Below are positions 13,975 to 25,774 of a DNA stretch of 64,000 nucleotides, piece after piece. Origin of the DNA: Octopus sinensis (taxonomy: Eukaryota); NCBI RefSeq assembly GCF_006345805.1, contig NC_043003.1, positions 9,114,001 to 9,178,000 of the forward strand, in the 5' to 3' direction. The notes under the pieces were generated by a model. That model made no database searches. It saw only the letters and a program-made list of their open reading frames with translations, and was not told the origin of the DNA. Numbering within the stretch: the stretch's first letter is position 1; each line of letters begins with the position of its first letter. A program made the translations under genes and the position numbers.

Positions 13975-14260
13975 GTTATGACGACAGGTGTTCCAGTTGA
14001 GCCGAGCACTGGAACAACCTGTTCTTGAAATCAACGTGCAATTGGCTGGGCACTTCACAGACACGTGTACCTTTAAAGTATTTCTTAGGGAGATTCTGCG
14101 TGACACAGAATGTAACAAGGTTGGTTCTTTGAACAAAAGATGCAACTCATTTTTGCCATCTGAGTGGACTGGAGCAACGGGAAATAACGCGTCCTGTTGA
14201 AGGATACAACACGCCACCGAGAATCAAAGACACCACCTCACGATTGTATACCGAATACCC
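13975..14260 (-). mobile_element. Family-R SINE, body Y plus tail D (diverged)
   Basis: Matches 43099-43421 at lower identity. Confidence 0.65.
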
Positions 14261-14321
14261 TTAGTCATTAAGTTACGCACCTTCTAAACAATTAAATCAT
14301 AAAACATTATTTACATTTGTT

Positions 14322-14378
14322 TGTTGTTAAACAACGTTTCGGCTGATATACCCTCCAGCCTTCATCAGGTGTTTTGGG
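14322..14378 (-). ncRNA. Minimal type-I hammerhead ribozyme motif in the PLE 3' region (stem I degenerate)
   Basis: Minus strand: AAAACAC-CUGAUGA-A-GGCUG(gagggu auau)CAGCC-GAA-ACGU-U-GUUU. Stem II is 5 bp. Stem III is the ACGU palindrome typical of PLE minimal HHRs. Confidence 0.65.
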
Positions 14379-14401
14379 GAAGGTATTTTTCGACGGTTTT
14401 G

Positions 14402-14404
<3 letters not shown>

Positions 14405-14443
<39 letters not shown>

Positions 14444-14518
14444 TCACTGCCTGGAATAGGACTCGGAATCTTGGGGTTAGTAGCCCGAGCTCTTAAGCAC
14501 TACGCCATATGCCCGTGG
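14405..14518 (-). mobile_element. Short tRNA-only SINE or tRNA retrocopy (Ser-like loop CTACTAA) with an (AAT)n tail, nested in the PLE
   Basis: GGGCATATGGCGTAGTGCTTAAGAGCTCGGGCTACTAACCCCAAGATTCCGAGTCCTATTCCAGGCAGTGACCTG followed by (AAT)n. Confidence 0.7.
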
Positions 14519-16051
14519 CCAATCATGGAGTGAATTTTAGGGCTTATAAATCTAATATTCTCCTATCCTTCCTTAATACCGGTTCCCATATGCAGGTCAT
14601 ATCTGCACTCGGTCTGCTTCGACGGTTGTTGTGTCCTAGCATATGTGCTGCTTCTTTTAGTTTTCGTATTTTCCAGTGGTGTTCTCTGTCCATTATTTTA
14701 ACTTCATCCCACAGGGGGAGGTGGTCTCCATTTTTCCATACATGATCAGCTATACCCGATTTATCAAATATCTCCTCATGTCACAGCTTTGCGATGTTCC
14801 TCTACCCTTATTTTGAGGAGGCGGCATGTTTCGCCTTTGTATAACCTACCACAGCTACATGGGATGGAGCACACGTAGTTCTTGGTCATATTCTCTTCTG
14901 TTGGTGGTTTTACTCGAAGGCGATATTTGCGAAGTGTTGTATTACTCTTGAATACTGTCCTAATGTCATATGGGCCGCATATCTTTTGTATCTTTTCGGA
15001 GAGTAGTTGTTGCTTAATAGATCGGTATTGAGCTTGATCATTTCTTCGTGGTGGGTGTCACGATCGTTACTTATATTCTTTGCTCGATGTTTTGGGCACT
15101 GAGTAATCCCTCTCTTTACTCTGTAGGGATGGTAGGAGTTGGAGTTGAGGTATCGTCCAGTGAAGGTCGGCTTGCGGTATACGGATGTCCTGAATCCATA
15201 CTTGGTGCGTGTTATTAATACGTCCAGGAATGCTACCTGATTGTCCTTTTCCTTTTCCATTGTGAACTGTATGGATGGCTTTATTGAGCTTACATGATCT
15301 ATCAGCACTTGGACATCTTCTTGGTGGGGCCAGAGTATGAATGTGTCATCGACATATCGTAGCCATAGGGTTGGTTTTAGTGGTATTGATCCTAAAGCCA
15401 AATTCTCAAAGTATTCCATGTATACATTGGCTATTATCGGTGATAATGGCGAACCCATAGCTAAACCATCTTCTTGTCGATATATATCAGTGTCCATACT
15501 GAAGTAGGTAGTTTCTACACAGAACGTCAACATGATAAAAGATAGAAAAAATTATTGCAGACTACATAATTAGAATAATTTGCTATGGCGCTATCAATTA
15601 CAACATATTCTGAATAAAGTGTTCAAGCAATCATTACATATGCGTGTTAATATTTTTAACTATTTTTTATAAACTCAGTCCAAAATTTCAGTAATGTTTA
15701 AAATTAATTTTAAATTCAAAATATTTTGAATAATTAATACGTGGTAATGTCATTTCTGTATGTTACAGAATGATTGAATTAAGGACCGAAATACCAGCGG
15801 GCACGTACTATTGGTAGCGTTGTTTGACAACAGTTTACCTCTCGGCTTATTAATAAATCAATAGTAGCGCTAACTCGCTATCTTAAAGATAGTGGAGCAT
15901 ATCTCTCTTAACTTAAGATCGTAGGGTAATGAGTTGAGAGATACTTGGCTGTTATTTCTACCGAGTAAAAGCAACCTTGTAGAGGTTTTTTAATAAAAAA
16001 AGTGATCCGTTGCGTGTGTGTATGTATGTTTATGCACACACACACACACAC

Positions 16052-16092
<41 letters not shown>

Positions 16093-16214
16093 CACAAACA
16101 CGAACACACACGCGCACAAACGACGGGTTTCTTTAGTTTCTGTCTATCAAATTCACTCACAAGTCTATAATAGAAGACACTTGCCCAAGGTGGCTCGAAG
16201 TGGGATGGAAGCCA

Positions 16215-17575
16215 AAACCTATTTCTTTACTACCCACAAGTAACAGAGGAGACAAACAAGGACAGACAGACGGTTTAAGTCGATTATATCGACCCCAGTG
16301 CGTAACTGGTACTTAATTCTTCGACCCCGAAAGGATGAAAGGCAAAGTCGACCTCGGCAGAATTTGAACTCAGAACGTAGCGGCAGACGAAATACTGCTA
16401 AGCATTTCGCCCGGCGTGCCAACGTTTCTGCCAGCTCGTGGTTACAAAGCAAGCTGTTTCATCACATACCCTTGCCAATGTTTATTGTTTATCATTATTT
16501 ACATTATTTACAATATTTATTCGTATTGTAAATATATAGCATTCATTAATAATAAAAAAGAAATTCGTAGATGAAAAAATTATTCCATTCGGGTTTCTGA
16601 GAATTTAAAAAATATCTTTTACTGGCACAATCTAAAAACAAATTAACAATCGAAATAAATCATCGCTGCAGAAATTTCATATCGCAGAAAGAAAGCTAAA
16701 TCTGTTCGATGAGAATTCAAAACAACGCCATTGAATATCAAAATCAGGAAATACTGGATTATTTCAGAGATATAGCTCAGAGATTTTCTTTCCAGATTGT
16801 TTCTTCCTTCTTCCAATTTTAAATCGTATTATCTTCAAACTACATTTTTTTGTGATTCTATATTAAATACAACTTCGAGAGAAACGGAAATAATCCGTTT
16901 TTGACTGCAGAAGTCGAAGTAGATAAGCTGTTAATAATGGCTTCAAATTTTTGTACAAGACTAGTAATTTTAGGGGTGGTGGGGTAAGTCGATTACATCG
17001 ACCCCAGTGCGTAACTGGTACTTATTTAATCGACCAAGAAAGGATGAAAGGCAATGCCGAGTTCGGTGGCATTTATGAAGCTATTCATAATCCTTTCTAC
17101 GACAGCACAATGTCCGAAAATTTGAGGGAGGGAGGGGAAAGTCGATTATATTGACCCCAGTGCACGACTAGTTCTTAAGTTACCGAATTCGAAAGGCTGA
17201 AAGGCAAAGTCGACCTCGGCGAAATTTGAACTCAGAACGTAAAGACAGAAAAAATACCGCTAAGCGTTTTTCTCGGTGTGCTAACGTTTCTTATTTCTTT
17301 ATTGCCCACAAGGGGCTAAACATATAGGGGACAAACAAGGACAGACAAAGGGATTAAGTCGATTACATCGACCTCAGTGCGTAACTGGTACTTAATTTAT
17401 CGGCCCCGAAAGGATGAAAGGCAAATTCGACCTTGGCGGAATTTGAACTCAGAACGTAAAGACAGACAAAATACCTATTTCTTTACTGCCCACAAGGGGC
17501 TAAACATAGAGAGGACAAACAAAGACAGACAAAGAGATTAAGTCACTTATATCAACCCCAGTGTGTAACTGGTAC
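16215..17575 (-). mobile_element. Several family-M SINE copies (16215-16440; nested cluster 16930-17575)
   Basis: Repeated GAAAGGATGAAAGGCAAAGTCGACCTCGGC motif. Confidence 0.85.
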
Positions 17576-18149
17576 GTTAAAAAGAAAAATCAAATGCAGC
17601 ATGATAGCCATGGATGAAGCGCCTCTGTTTGTAAGTTTGTTCGATTGATACTGACCTAGAATTAAATAGCAACAACCACTGTTGTTCAGAAATAAAATTT
17701 TCTCCTCTGTCATTTGTATGAATATAACAAAAGAACAGTGATTTAACAAATAAATATAGCAGTAAATTAACCATTAACAATAGCGCGTTGCAAATTGAAA
17801 ACTCATTAAACAACTTGAGTTGAATAGAATAGAAATATGTCTACCAACAGCTAAAAGTAATTATATGAACATTACAGAGTTAAGGTTAGGGTTAGGGTAA
17901 AATGTCTCCGAACTTAAGTAACGCCCGACCGACATTTTCCGGTCAACTAACAAAGCGTTTCTTACAGGGTTTGACTGATAAACAATAACGTTGTTGGTGT
18001 TGTTTAAAATGTTGATGATGGTGATGATGATGCTGATGATGCGGACACTAATGCTAGAGATACCAATGACAAGCCTTTATGTATGTACACACACACATAC
18101 ACACACACAAACACACACAGAGTCACCCACATACATACATAGTATTCCA

Positions 18150-18746
18150 TGACTGCTATCTTGAGGTCGAGCTGTCTGACGGTGTTTATTAATGACTTGC
18201 TTAATTTATCCATGTCATGGCCACTATGATTTTCGGCTCTAGCCAGGCCATCCTCCCGATACAATCTTAAGTCAACGCTTGGTCATTTACTCTTAAGCGC
18301 AATTAGCAAGAACAATCCAACGAGATCCGTTATCTCGGCGCCATCGAAACTGCTCATGGAGACATAAAAAACAAACAAACACAAACTCTTTTCACCGTGC
18401 TTCTTCATCCAAAGGAGTTGCAGAATAACAGTGGCTTTCTGTTGTAGAATAACATCGACATTTATGCCGAGCTCCGAGATGCATTTGTAGTTTGGGCCAA
18501 ATTTAAGCGCTTGGAGTAGTAGGATTCAGGAAAGAGAGGTATACCCTTTTACTTGTTTCAGTCATTTGACTGCGGCCATGCTGGAGCACCGCCTTTAATC
18601 GAGCAACTCGACCCCGGGACTTATTCTTTTGTAAGCCCAGTACTTATTCTATCGGTCTCTTTTGCCGAACCGCTAAGTAACGGGGACATAAACACACCAG
18701 CATCGGTTGTCAAGCAATGCTAGGGGGACAAACACAGACACACAAA

Positions 18747-18787
<41 letters not shown>

Positions 18788-19440
18788 GACGGGCTTCTTT
18801 CAGTTTCCGTCTACCAAATCCACTCGGCCCGAGGCTATAGTAGAAGACACTTGCCCAAGGTGCCACGCAGTGGGACTGAACCCAGGACCATGTAGTTGGT
18901 AAACAAGCTACTTACGACACAGCCACTCCTGCGCCTATAAAAATTCTACGTTATCAAGCAGTAGAAATTTTTGACTATACTTATTCTCAATATTATTAAA
19001 CTACCTAATGGTGTCATTGCTACAGTTCCTTTCTTTTAGATCGGTGAACATTTCGATTTTGGCTTTGCTGATCCTATCTGTTTCACTTCTCTTAGGGTTG
19101 ATACGTCTATACTGGAAGTTGCCGATGAAGTTGGCATTGTGGGATTTCAGTAGGTGAGTTTTATGCGGGTTGAGATGCTCTACTTTGTCTGCTATACCCA
19201 GCTGTGTTACTGGGCGTTTAGCTTCATCATTAATCTTATTGTATGTACTGTAGCTATTTTTGTATGCACACGTGATGTTACTGAACAGGATTGAACCATA
19301 GTATGGTCTCTCTAGTGGCTATAAGTTTCTCATTTTGTCGGCGCGTACAAAAAAGGTTACTGGAAATTTTGAAAGAGATGGAGAACGTTCTTTTGACTCA
19401 CGTTGCAAACTATTGGTGTGATGGTTAAATTTTCCTTTTT
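18150..19440 (-). pseudogene. Second Penelope-like RT lineage (FDVxMGSFDGAE / YRDDG type), decayed and split by a family-K SINE
   Basis: 19000-19260 reads TYNKINDEAKR..TQLGIADKVE...LKSHNANF..NFQYRRINPKRSETDRISK. 18150-18420 reads WMKK...FYVSMSSFDGAEITDLVGLFLL...LYREDGLA. Confidence 0.75.
18548..18937 (-). mobile_element. Family-K SINE, full length
   Basis: Reverse complement of 19507-19968. Confidence 0.9.
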
Positions 19441-19506
19441 TTTTCATGAGCTTCTACAACAGAAAGCCCCTGTTATTCTACGCTCTCCTAAGTGGATTTT
19501 TTTATG

Positions 19507-19667
19507 GGCGTAGGAGTGGCTGTGTGGCAAGTAGCTTGCTTACGAACCACATGGTTCCGGGTTCAATCCCACTGCGTGGCACCTCGGGCAAGTGTCTTCT
19601 ACTATAGCCTCGGGTTGACCAAAGCCTTGTGGATGGATGTGGTAGACGGAAACTGAAAGAAGCCCGT

Positions 19668-19751
<84 letters not shown>

Positions 19752-19968
19752 CTTGTGTGCCTATGTTTGTCCCCCCAACATCGCTTGACAACCGATGCTG
19801 GTGTGTTTACGTCCCTGTAACATTAGCGGTTCGGCAAAAGAGACCGATAGAATAAGTAACAGGCTTACAAAGAATAAGTCCTGGGGGTAGGTTTGCTCGA
19901 CTAAAGGCGGTGCTCCAGCATGGACACAGTCAAATGACTGAAACAAGTAAAAGAGTAAAGAGTAAAAG
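19507..19968 (+). mobile_element. Family-K SINE, full length
   Basis: Head GGCGTAGGAGTGGCTGTGTGG, B-box GGTTCAATCCC, internal (TA)n(TG)n, tail GGCGGTGCTCCAGCATGG..CAGTCAAATGACTGAAAC, then (AAGAGTA) repeats. Confidence 0.9.
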
Positions 19969-20074
19969 AGATTGATAAAATCTGTCTCAAACGGTTGAAT
20001 ATCCCCCTCGTGTGGTAGATATTTCTGTGAGGTATAACCGAAATGATTATTTACCGGAGTGGCGGAAGCTGATA

Positions 20075-20479
20075 TCTTTATATATAAAAGTAAGGTTGTG
20101 TGAGTGTCTGTCTCCTACGATTTAGATTCCTAACTACTCCCACATTTTGCGGTGCAGTTTAACCAAAACCGGGTATCTTATAGTCGTGATTCATATCGAG
20201 CCCTTCTGGGTATTAGCGCGCGTCTACGATGAGTCTACGATGTAAAAAAAAATTACCATAATTTTTTTTCCATTTTAATGCATTTTTTCGCTATTATATA
20301 AGGGAAGTAACTCTCTAAAAATGTCTACGATGAGTCAACGATTTAAAAAAAATTTACCATAATTTTTTTTCCATTTTAATGCATATTTTTTCGCTATTAT
20401 ATAAGGGAAGTAACTCTCTAAAAATGCTTATATAGTTATTTCCCTTACAAACCCGAGCAACGCCGGGCGATACTGCTAG
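20075..20479 (+). mobile_element. Complete non-autonomous Helitron (405 bp)
   Basis: A|TC 5' end (20074/20075), subterminal hairpin CCCG-AGCAACGC-CGGG, and 3' CTAG|T (20476-20480). No TSD. It has an internal ~100-bp tandem duplication. Confidence 0.85.
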
Positions 20480-20744
20480 TACCTTTATAAAAGAAAATGC
20501 TCTCCATTTCGTATTTTCTGTGTTTCCGACGATCTCTTTTATATAGAGCTTTCTCGGAAACACAGCAATTTTTTTCCGAAGAGTATGCAACTGGGAGCTG
20601 CTCCATCATTTTGATCAAATATTCTCCATACACGTGGAGTGCGCTTACGCCCGGCAATGGCTGCGAGCTTATATCCGTTTAGTGTTGAGTGTCAGAAGAA
20701 AGAGTACTCGACACCATATCTTCTACCTTTTACCTAGGGCACCA

Positions 20745-21170
20745 CTCCGAAGAGCTTAGTCGAACAAATCGTCCCTAGTACTTGTTAAGCCTACTACTTA
20801 TTCTATCAAACCATTTTACTAAATGCTAAGTTACGGGAGCGTAAACAAACCGGCACTGGTTGTTAGGCGGTGTTGGTGGGGCAAGCACACACACACACAT
20901 ATTTATATGTACATTCGACGGGCTTCTTTCAGTTTCCGTCTACAAAATTCATTCACAAAGCTTTGGTCAATCTGAAGTTATAGCAGGAGAAACTTGCCCA
21001 AGGTGCCACGCAGTGGGAGTGAACCCAAGATCATGTGGTAGGGAAGCAAGCTTCTTTTATTCATTATATTGGCCATAAAGGCCTTACATAGAAAGGAAGC
21101 TACGGGCTGGACACACACATAATGATACGAAGCAAGCTTCTTACCACACTGCCACTCCTACGCCTATGAA
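20745..21170 (-). mobile_element. Diverged family-K SINE
   Basis: GACGGGCTTCTTTCAGTTTCCGTCTAC and CTTGCCCAAGGTGCCACGCAGTGGGA blocks. Confidence 0.75.
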
Positions 21171-21178
21171 TAATTAGT

Positions 21179-21250
21179 CTTCCCGGCAGGGAATTGAACT
21201 TCGGTCATCCAGATGACAGACTGGGATACTTGCCACTATACCATTATAGA
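21179..21250 (-). pseudogene. tRNA-Asp(GTC)-like pseudogene
   Basis: Minus strand: TCTCTATAATGGTATAGTGGCAAGTATCCCAGTCTGTCATCTGGATGACCGAAGTTCAATTCCCTGCCGGGAAG. This follows the eukaryotic tRNA-Asp layout with anticodon loop CTGTCAT, but the stems are damaged. Confidence 0.65.
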
Positions 21251-21929
21251 GATTAACGTTTATATTTTGGCTGAATCAATTTCTTGCTAGAATGAGTTTC
21301 ACCTGTGGATGCATAGGATCATCAGGTGTGTTACGGTTGTAGAAATGATGTGAGTTTGCATATCTGTCAAAAAGGATTCCTGTCGTGGAGAGGAAATAAG
21401 ATAAAGTGTGTTGTGCGCATGCGTGTGGGGAGCAGGTGTAATATAAAACAATATATAAAAATAGGAAGAAAAATGAAAGTTAAAAAATGAAGATAAGAAA
21501 AGAGAAAAGAAAAAGAGAAAAAGAAAACAAAGGGAAACGAAAGACAGAAATAAAGAAAGAAGAAAAAGAAGAAGAAGGAAAAGAAGGAAAGGAAGAAGAA
21601 GAAGAAATAGGAGAAGACGGAAGGTAGGGAGTGAATTAGGGGCGGACAGGTGCGAGAATGGTGAAAGAATTCAGTGGAAAACTTCAAAAGAAAGAGTGAC
21701 AGATAAGTGGGTGAATGAACGGGAAACCCAGTGAAGGGCGAATCCCGATGTGTCAGTGTGCATTTAAAAGCAGAAGGAGATAAAGGAATATTAATAAATA
21801 AAATGGCAATTAAAATGAATAAAAGGGAAAAATCAAATGAAAAGGAAAAGGAAATAATAGCAGCAGTCTTGCTGACGTAAATGAACGGCTGGTAATTCCA
21901 GGAGTGGTTAGGGGTAAATGTAATAATAA

Positions 21930-22885
21930 TTCTTTGTTATAGGCACAAGGCCTGAAATTTCGTGGGAGACAGACGGTTATATCGACCCCACTCTGATGTT
22001 TATTTTATCGACTCCGAAAGGATGCAAGGCCCTTATCTACTTAATATATTGGATCAAAGAAGGCGGCGAGCTGGCAGAATCGTTAGCACCCGGGCGAAAT
22101 GCTTTGCGGTATTTCGTCTGCCGTTAAGTTCTGAGTTCAAATTCCGCCGAGGTCGACTTTGCCTTTCATCCTTTCGGGGTTGATAAATTAAGTACCAGTT
22201 ACGCACTGGGATCGATATAATCGACTTAATACCTATGTCTGTCCTTGTTTGTCCCCTCTATGTTTAGCCCCTTGTGGGTAATAATGAAATAGGTTATATC
22301 GACCCCATTGTTCAACTGATGTTTATTTTATCGACTCCGAAAGGATGCAAGGCAAAGTCGACCTCGGTGAAATTTGAACTGAGAAAGTAAAGACGGACGA
22401 AAAACCGCCAAGCATTTTGTCCGGCGGCTAACGGCTCTGTCAACTCCAAATTTTGACAATGGTAGTCATAATACCCTTTTTGTTTTTACCATAGGCGCAA
22501 GGCCTGGAATTTGAGGGGAAGGGATAGTCGATTACATCAACCTCTGTGCTTGACTGGTTCTTAATTTATCGACCGCGAAAGGATGAAAGGCAAAGCCGAC
22601 CTCAGCGGAATTTGAACTCAGAACGTAGCGACAAACGAAATACTTATTTCTTTATTGCCCACATGGGGCTAAACATAGAGGGGACAAACAAGGACAGACA
22701 AAGGGATTAAGTCGATTATATCGACCCCAGTGCGTAACTGGCACTTAATTTATCGACCCCGAAAGGATGAAAGGCAAAGTCGACGTCGGCGGAATTTGGA
22801 CTCAGAACATAACGGCAGACGAAATACCGCAAAGCATTTCGCCCGGCGTGCTAACGATTCTGCCAGCTCACTGTCTTGACAACGG
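21930..22885. mobile_element. Nested cluster of family-M SINEs (B-tail copies at 22061-22292 + and 22640-22870 -, inside A-tail copies)
   Basis: Repeated family-M motifs in both orientations. Confidence 0.85.
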
Positions 22886-23424
22886 GGGTCATAATGATAA
22901 AAAGGACAGCACAAATAATGTATCTTTATTGTAAATACAAAAATGGGTAATTTGTTGAATTTAATTTAAATTTAATATTTATTTAATAAATATGCTTAAT
23001 TTAATAATATCCAGGCGTGGATGTGTGATAAGAAATTCGCTTTTTACTTACATGATTCCTAGTTCAATCTCACTGCGTGGTACCTTGGGCAAGTATCACC
23101 TACTAAAGCCACGCGCTGACCTAAGCTTTCTGAGTGGATTTGGTTAATGGAATTTAAAAAAAAAACGCCATATTTTTTTATCTGCAATACTGCATGAACC
23201 CACGTCGCGGCAGGAAGCACAGAGAAGAGCGACAACGTCCAGCTCGCTACTTCACCAGAAGCAATACAAAAATCCCCGGATGCAGTAAAGGCGGTGCACC
23301 ATCATGGCCTCAGCCTCTGGCTGAAACCCGTAAAAGATAAAAAAATACAAATATATAAACACAGCTTGACAACCGGTATTGGTTTGTTTACGTCCTCACA
23401 ATTTAACGGTTCGGCAAAAGACTC

Positions 23425-24566
23425 AGGTAAAATAAATGCGGACTGTTGCCATAGTAACGAAGCTAAAGCACGCAGAGTAATGCCACTTGGCAATGATTGA
23501 CCTTGAACTCTGCTGTGCATGCGCACTAAGTTTTAGCGTTCTATTTCACTTCCGTTGTTTACAGCAGTGCTTAGAAGGAAGGTATGTAGTGTGTGATCGT
23601 CGCATTGACCTTGACAGATAAAGCTGTCGTGGCGATACTTCCTCAGAGACTTACGCAAAGTTGCAGAAAATGTATGGAGAGAAGTGTATGAGCCGCACAC
23701 AAGTGCACAATTGGTTCAGACGTTTCCAAGATGGCTGAAAAAATGTTGATATTGACGAACGTACTGGGAGACCTGCAACCAGCAGAACTGAGAAAAGCAT
23801 CGCAGATGTGCGTGCAGCTGTGAGGGGAAATCATCGAATCATCAACCGTGAGTTTAAGGCGGCGAGCTGGCAGAATCGTTAGCACGCAGGCGAAATGCGC
23901 AGCCGTATTTCGTCTGTCGTTACGTTGTGAGTTCAAATTCCGCCGAGGTCGACTTTGCCTTTCATCCTCTCGGGGTCGATAAATTAAGTACCAGTTACGT
24001 ACTGGGGTCGATGTAATCGACTTAATACCTATGTCTGTCCTTGTTTGTCCCCTCTGTGTTTAGCCCCTTGAGGGTAATAAAGAAATAGGAATCATCACCC
24101 GTCAGCTATCAAAGGATGTGCAGATTAGTTAGAGTTCAGTTCAGTCCATTATCACTGAAGATTTGGGTATGAGACGCGAGTCTGCCAAGTTTGCGCCAAA
24201 ACTGCTTTCAGCTGACCCAAAAGACACTCGGGTTTCAGTTGCACAAAATCTCCTTGAATGTGTCGAGAACGATGAAGACATTTTGAAAACTTTGCGTAGG
24301 CTCCTGAGCAGGTATCGCCAAACTTTTGGCAAAATTTGATACAGATTCTCTGCTCAACTTTCTCTGTCATGGTCAATGCTACGATCACACACTACACACG
24401 TTCCTTCCAAACACTGCTGTAAACGGCGGAAGTGAGCTAGAACTTTAAAACTTAGTGACCATGCACAGTAGAGTAGACGGTCAATCTGTGCCAAGCAGCT
24501 TTACTCTGCATGCTTTAGCTTCGTTACTATGGCAATAGTCCGGATACTTATTGATCAGACTTAGTA
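23425..24566. mobile_element. Mariner-derived fold-back element made of two 5' halves in inverted orientation, interrupted by a SINE
   Basis: 23439-~23620 is the inverse of ~24370-24543. The plus strand encodes mariner HTH (ETYAKLQKMYGEKCMSRTQVHNWFRRF...RTGRP; KFAPKLLS). The minus strand encodes MTEKVEQRICIKFCQKFG. Confidence 0.8.
23858..24088 (+). mobile_element. Family-M SINE (B tail) inserted in the mariner sequence with a ~15-bp TSD
   Basis: GAATCATCAACCGT (23836) versus GAATCATCACCCGT (24089). Confidence 0.88.
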
Positions 24567-24872
24567 TTTTGATTTTATTTTGTGCGTTCAAAAGTACGTT
24601 TATTATTATGTGGTTCATTTCGCGGAAAAAAAAAGAAGTTTTGCTGCTCATTCAACTCTAATCAAAGTTCTTTGGGGATAGTTATGGTGTTGCTATCTGT
24701 GTGGAATCTTTAGCTCAGAAATCAGACTGTTGAACGCGGTTGTTTGGACTCTGAGAACTTTGCATGGCTGACTGGACATTCGAACTGTTTTGGCAACAGT
24801 ACGTTTTGTCCAAAGAACGCATGCGCATACACACACACACACAGACGTATGCACACACACACAGAGACGTAT

Positions 24873-24920
<48 letters not shown>

Positions 24921-25774
24921 GTATGCACACGCAGAAATATTCATATACAGATATAGTGTGTGAGAGAGAAACAGAAAAAAGACATTATACATACTTACAA
25001 GCATAACTAGATGCTCATAGAAAGAGAGAGAGAGAGAGAGGGAGAGAGAGGGAGAGAGAGAAAGAGAGAGACTGTGCATGAGATAGAACGTGAGAAATGT
25101 GAAAACAACTGATGTCAAATAAGTCAACGTTAAATCAGCGACTCTAAATAAGCGACGCCAAAACGCCTGCGCCAAGACGTCTCATACCCTTTTCAGCTAT
25201 GTTAAATTAACTAGAGTTTGATTGGTGGCTGTTAACAATAACGGCACTTAAAATTATTTTTTTTTCAATATAAATATTTTCTTCACACATTATGTATGTT
25301 CGTAACATGGAGATGCATTTAGTAGAGACATTGCCCCAGGTTTCTTGGACATTAATAATAATTTATGTTCTTAGCCGCGTGTCACACTCGTTTATGTTAA
25401 TTGCAGTCTGCGACATTCATTTAGCTTTGTTGTAGCGTTGACGTTCCAGAATGTTGATAACAGGGTGGTACCTTCATGGATGTTAAAAAGCATTTTAGAA
25501 TATTTTAATTACTGTGAGATATGAGAGACACCAAAATAATTATATTAAGACCCTCCAGTAATGAGGTTATAAGGTCTACATCGTGTCACTTCAATCTCTT
25601 TTATTTCCTCGTTTTTTCTTTTCTTTTCATTTCTTTGTACAGAGCTATTATTATGCTTTTATGGTTTAAAAAAAATTATTTGCTGCCATTATTATCAAAG
25701 TTGGTATTATCGATAAGAATTCTTTTAACAGTGGCATAATCAATAGGAGTGTTATTATCGATAGAAAACAAAGC

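Larger units (their letters stand above)
14300..15533 (-). mobile_element. Penelope-like element (RT + GIY-YIG endonuclease + 3' pLTR with hammerhead motif); 5'-truncated and internally deleted
   Basis: ORF 14910-15533 contains GLAMGSPLSPIIANVYME...WLRYVDDTF...FLDVLI...VYRKPTFTGRYL. Downstream, NYVCSIPCSCGRLYKGET..KIRVEEH..KSGIADHVW..EHHWKIRKLKEA is a GIY-YIG-type domain. Confidence 0.92.

Noticed and set aside
17880-17900. TTAGGG telomeric repeat
   Set aside because: Only about two units, which is insufficient for an interstitial telomere call.
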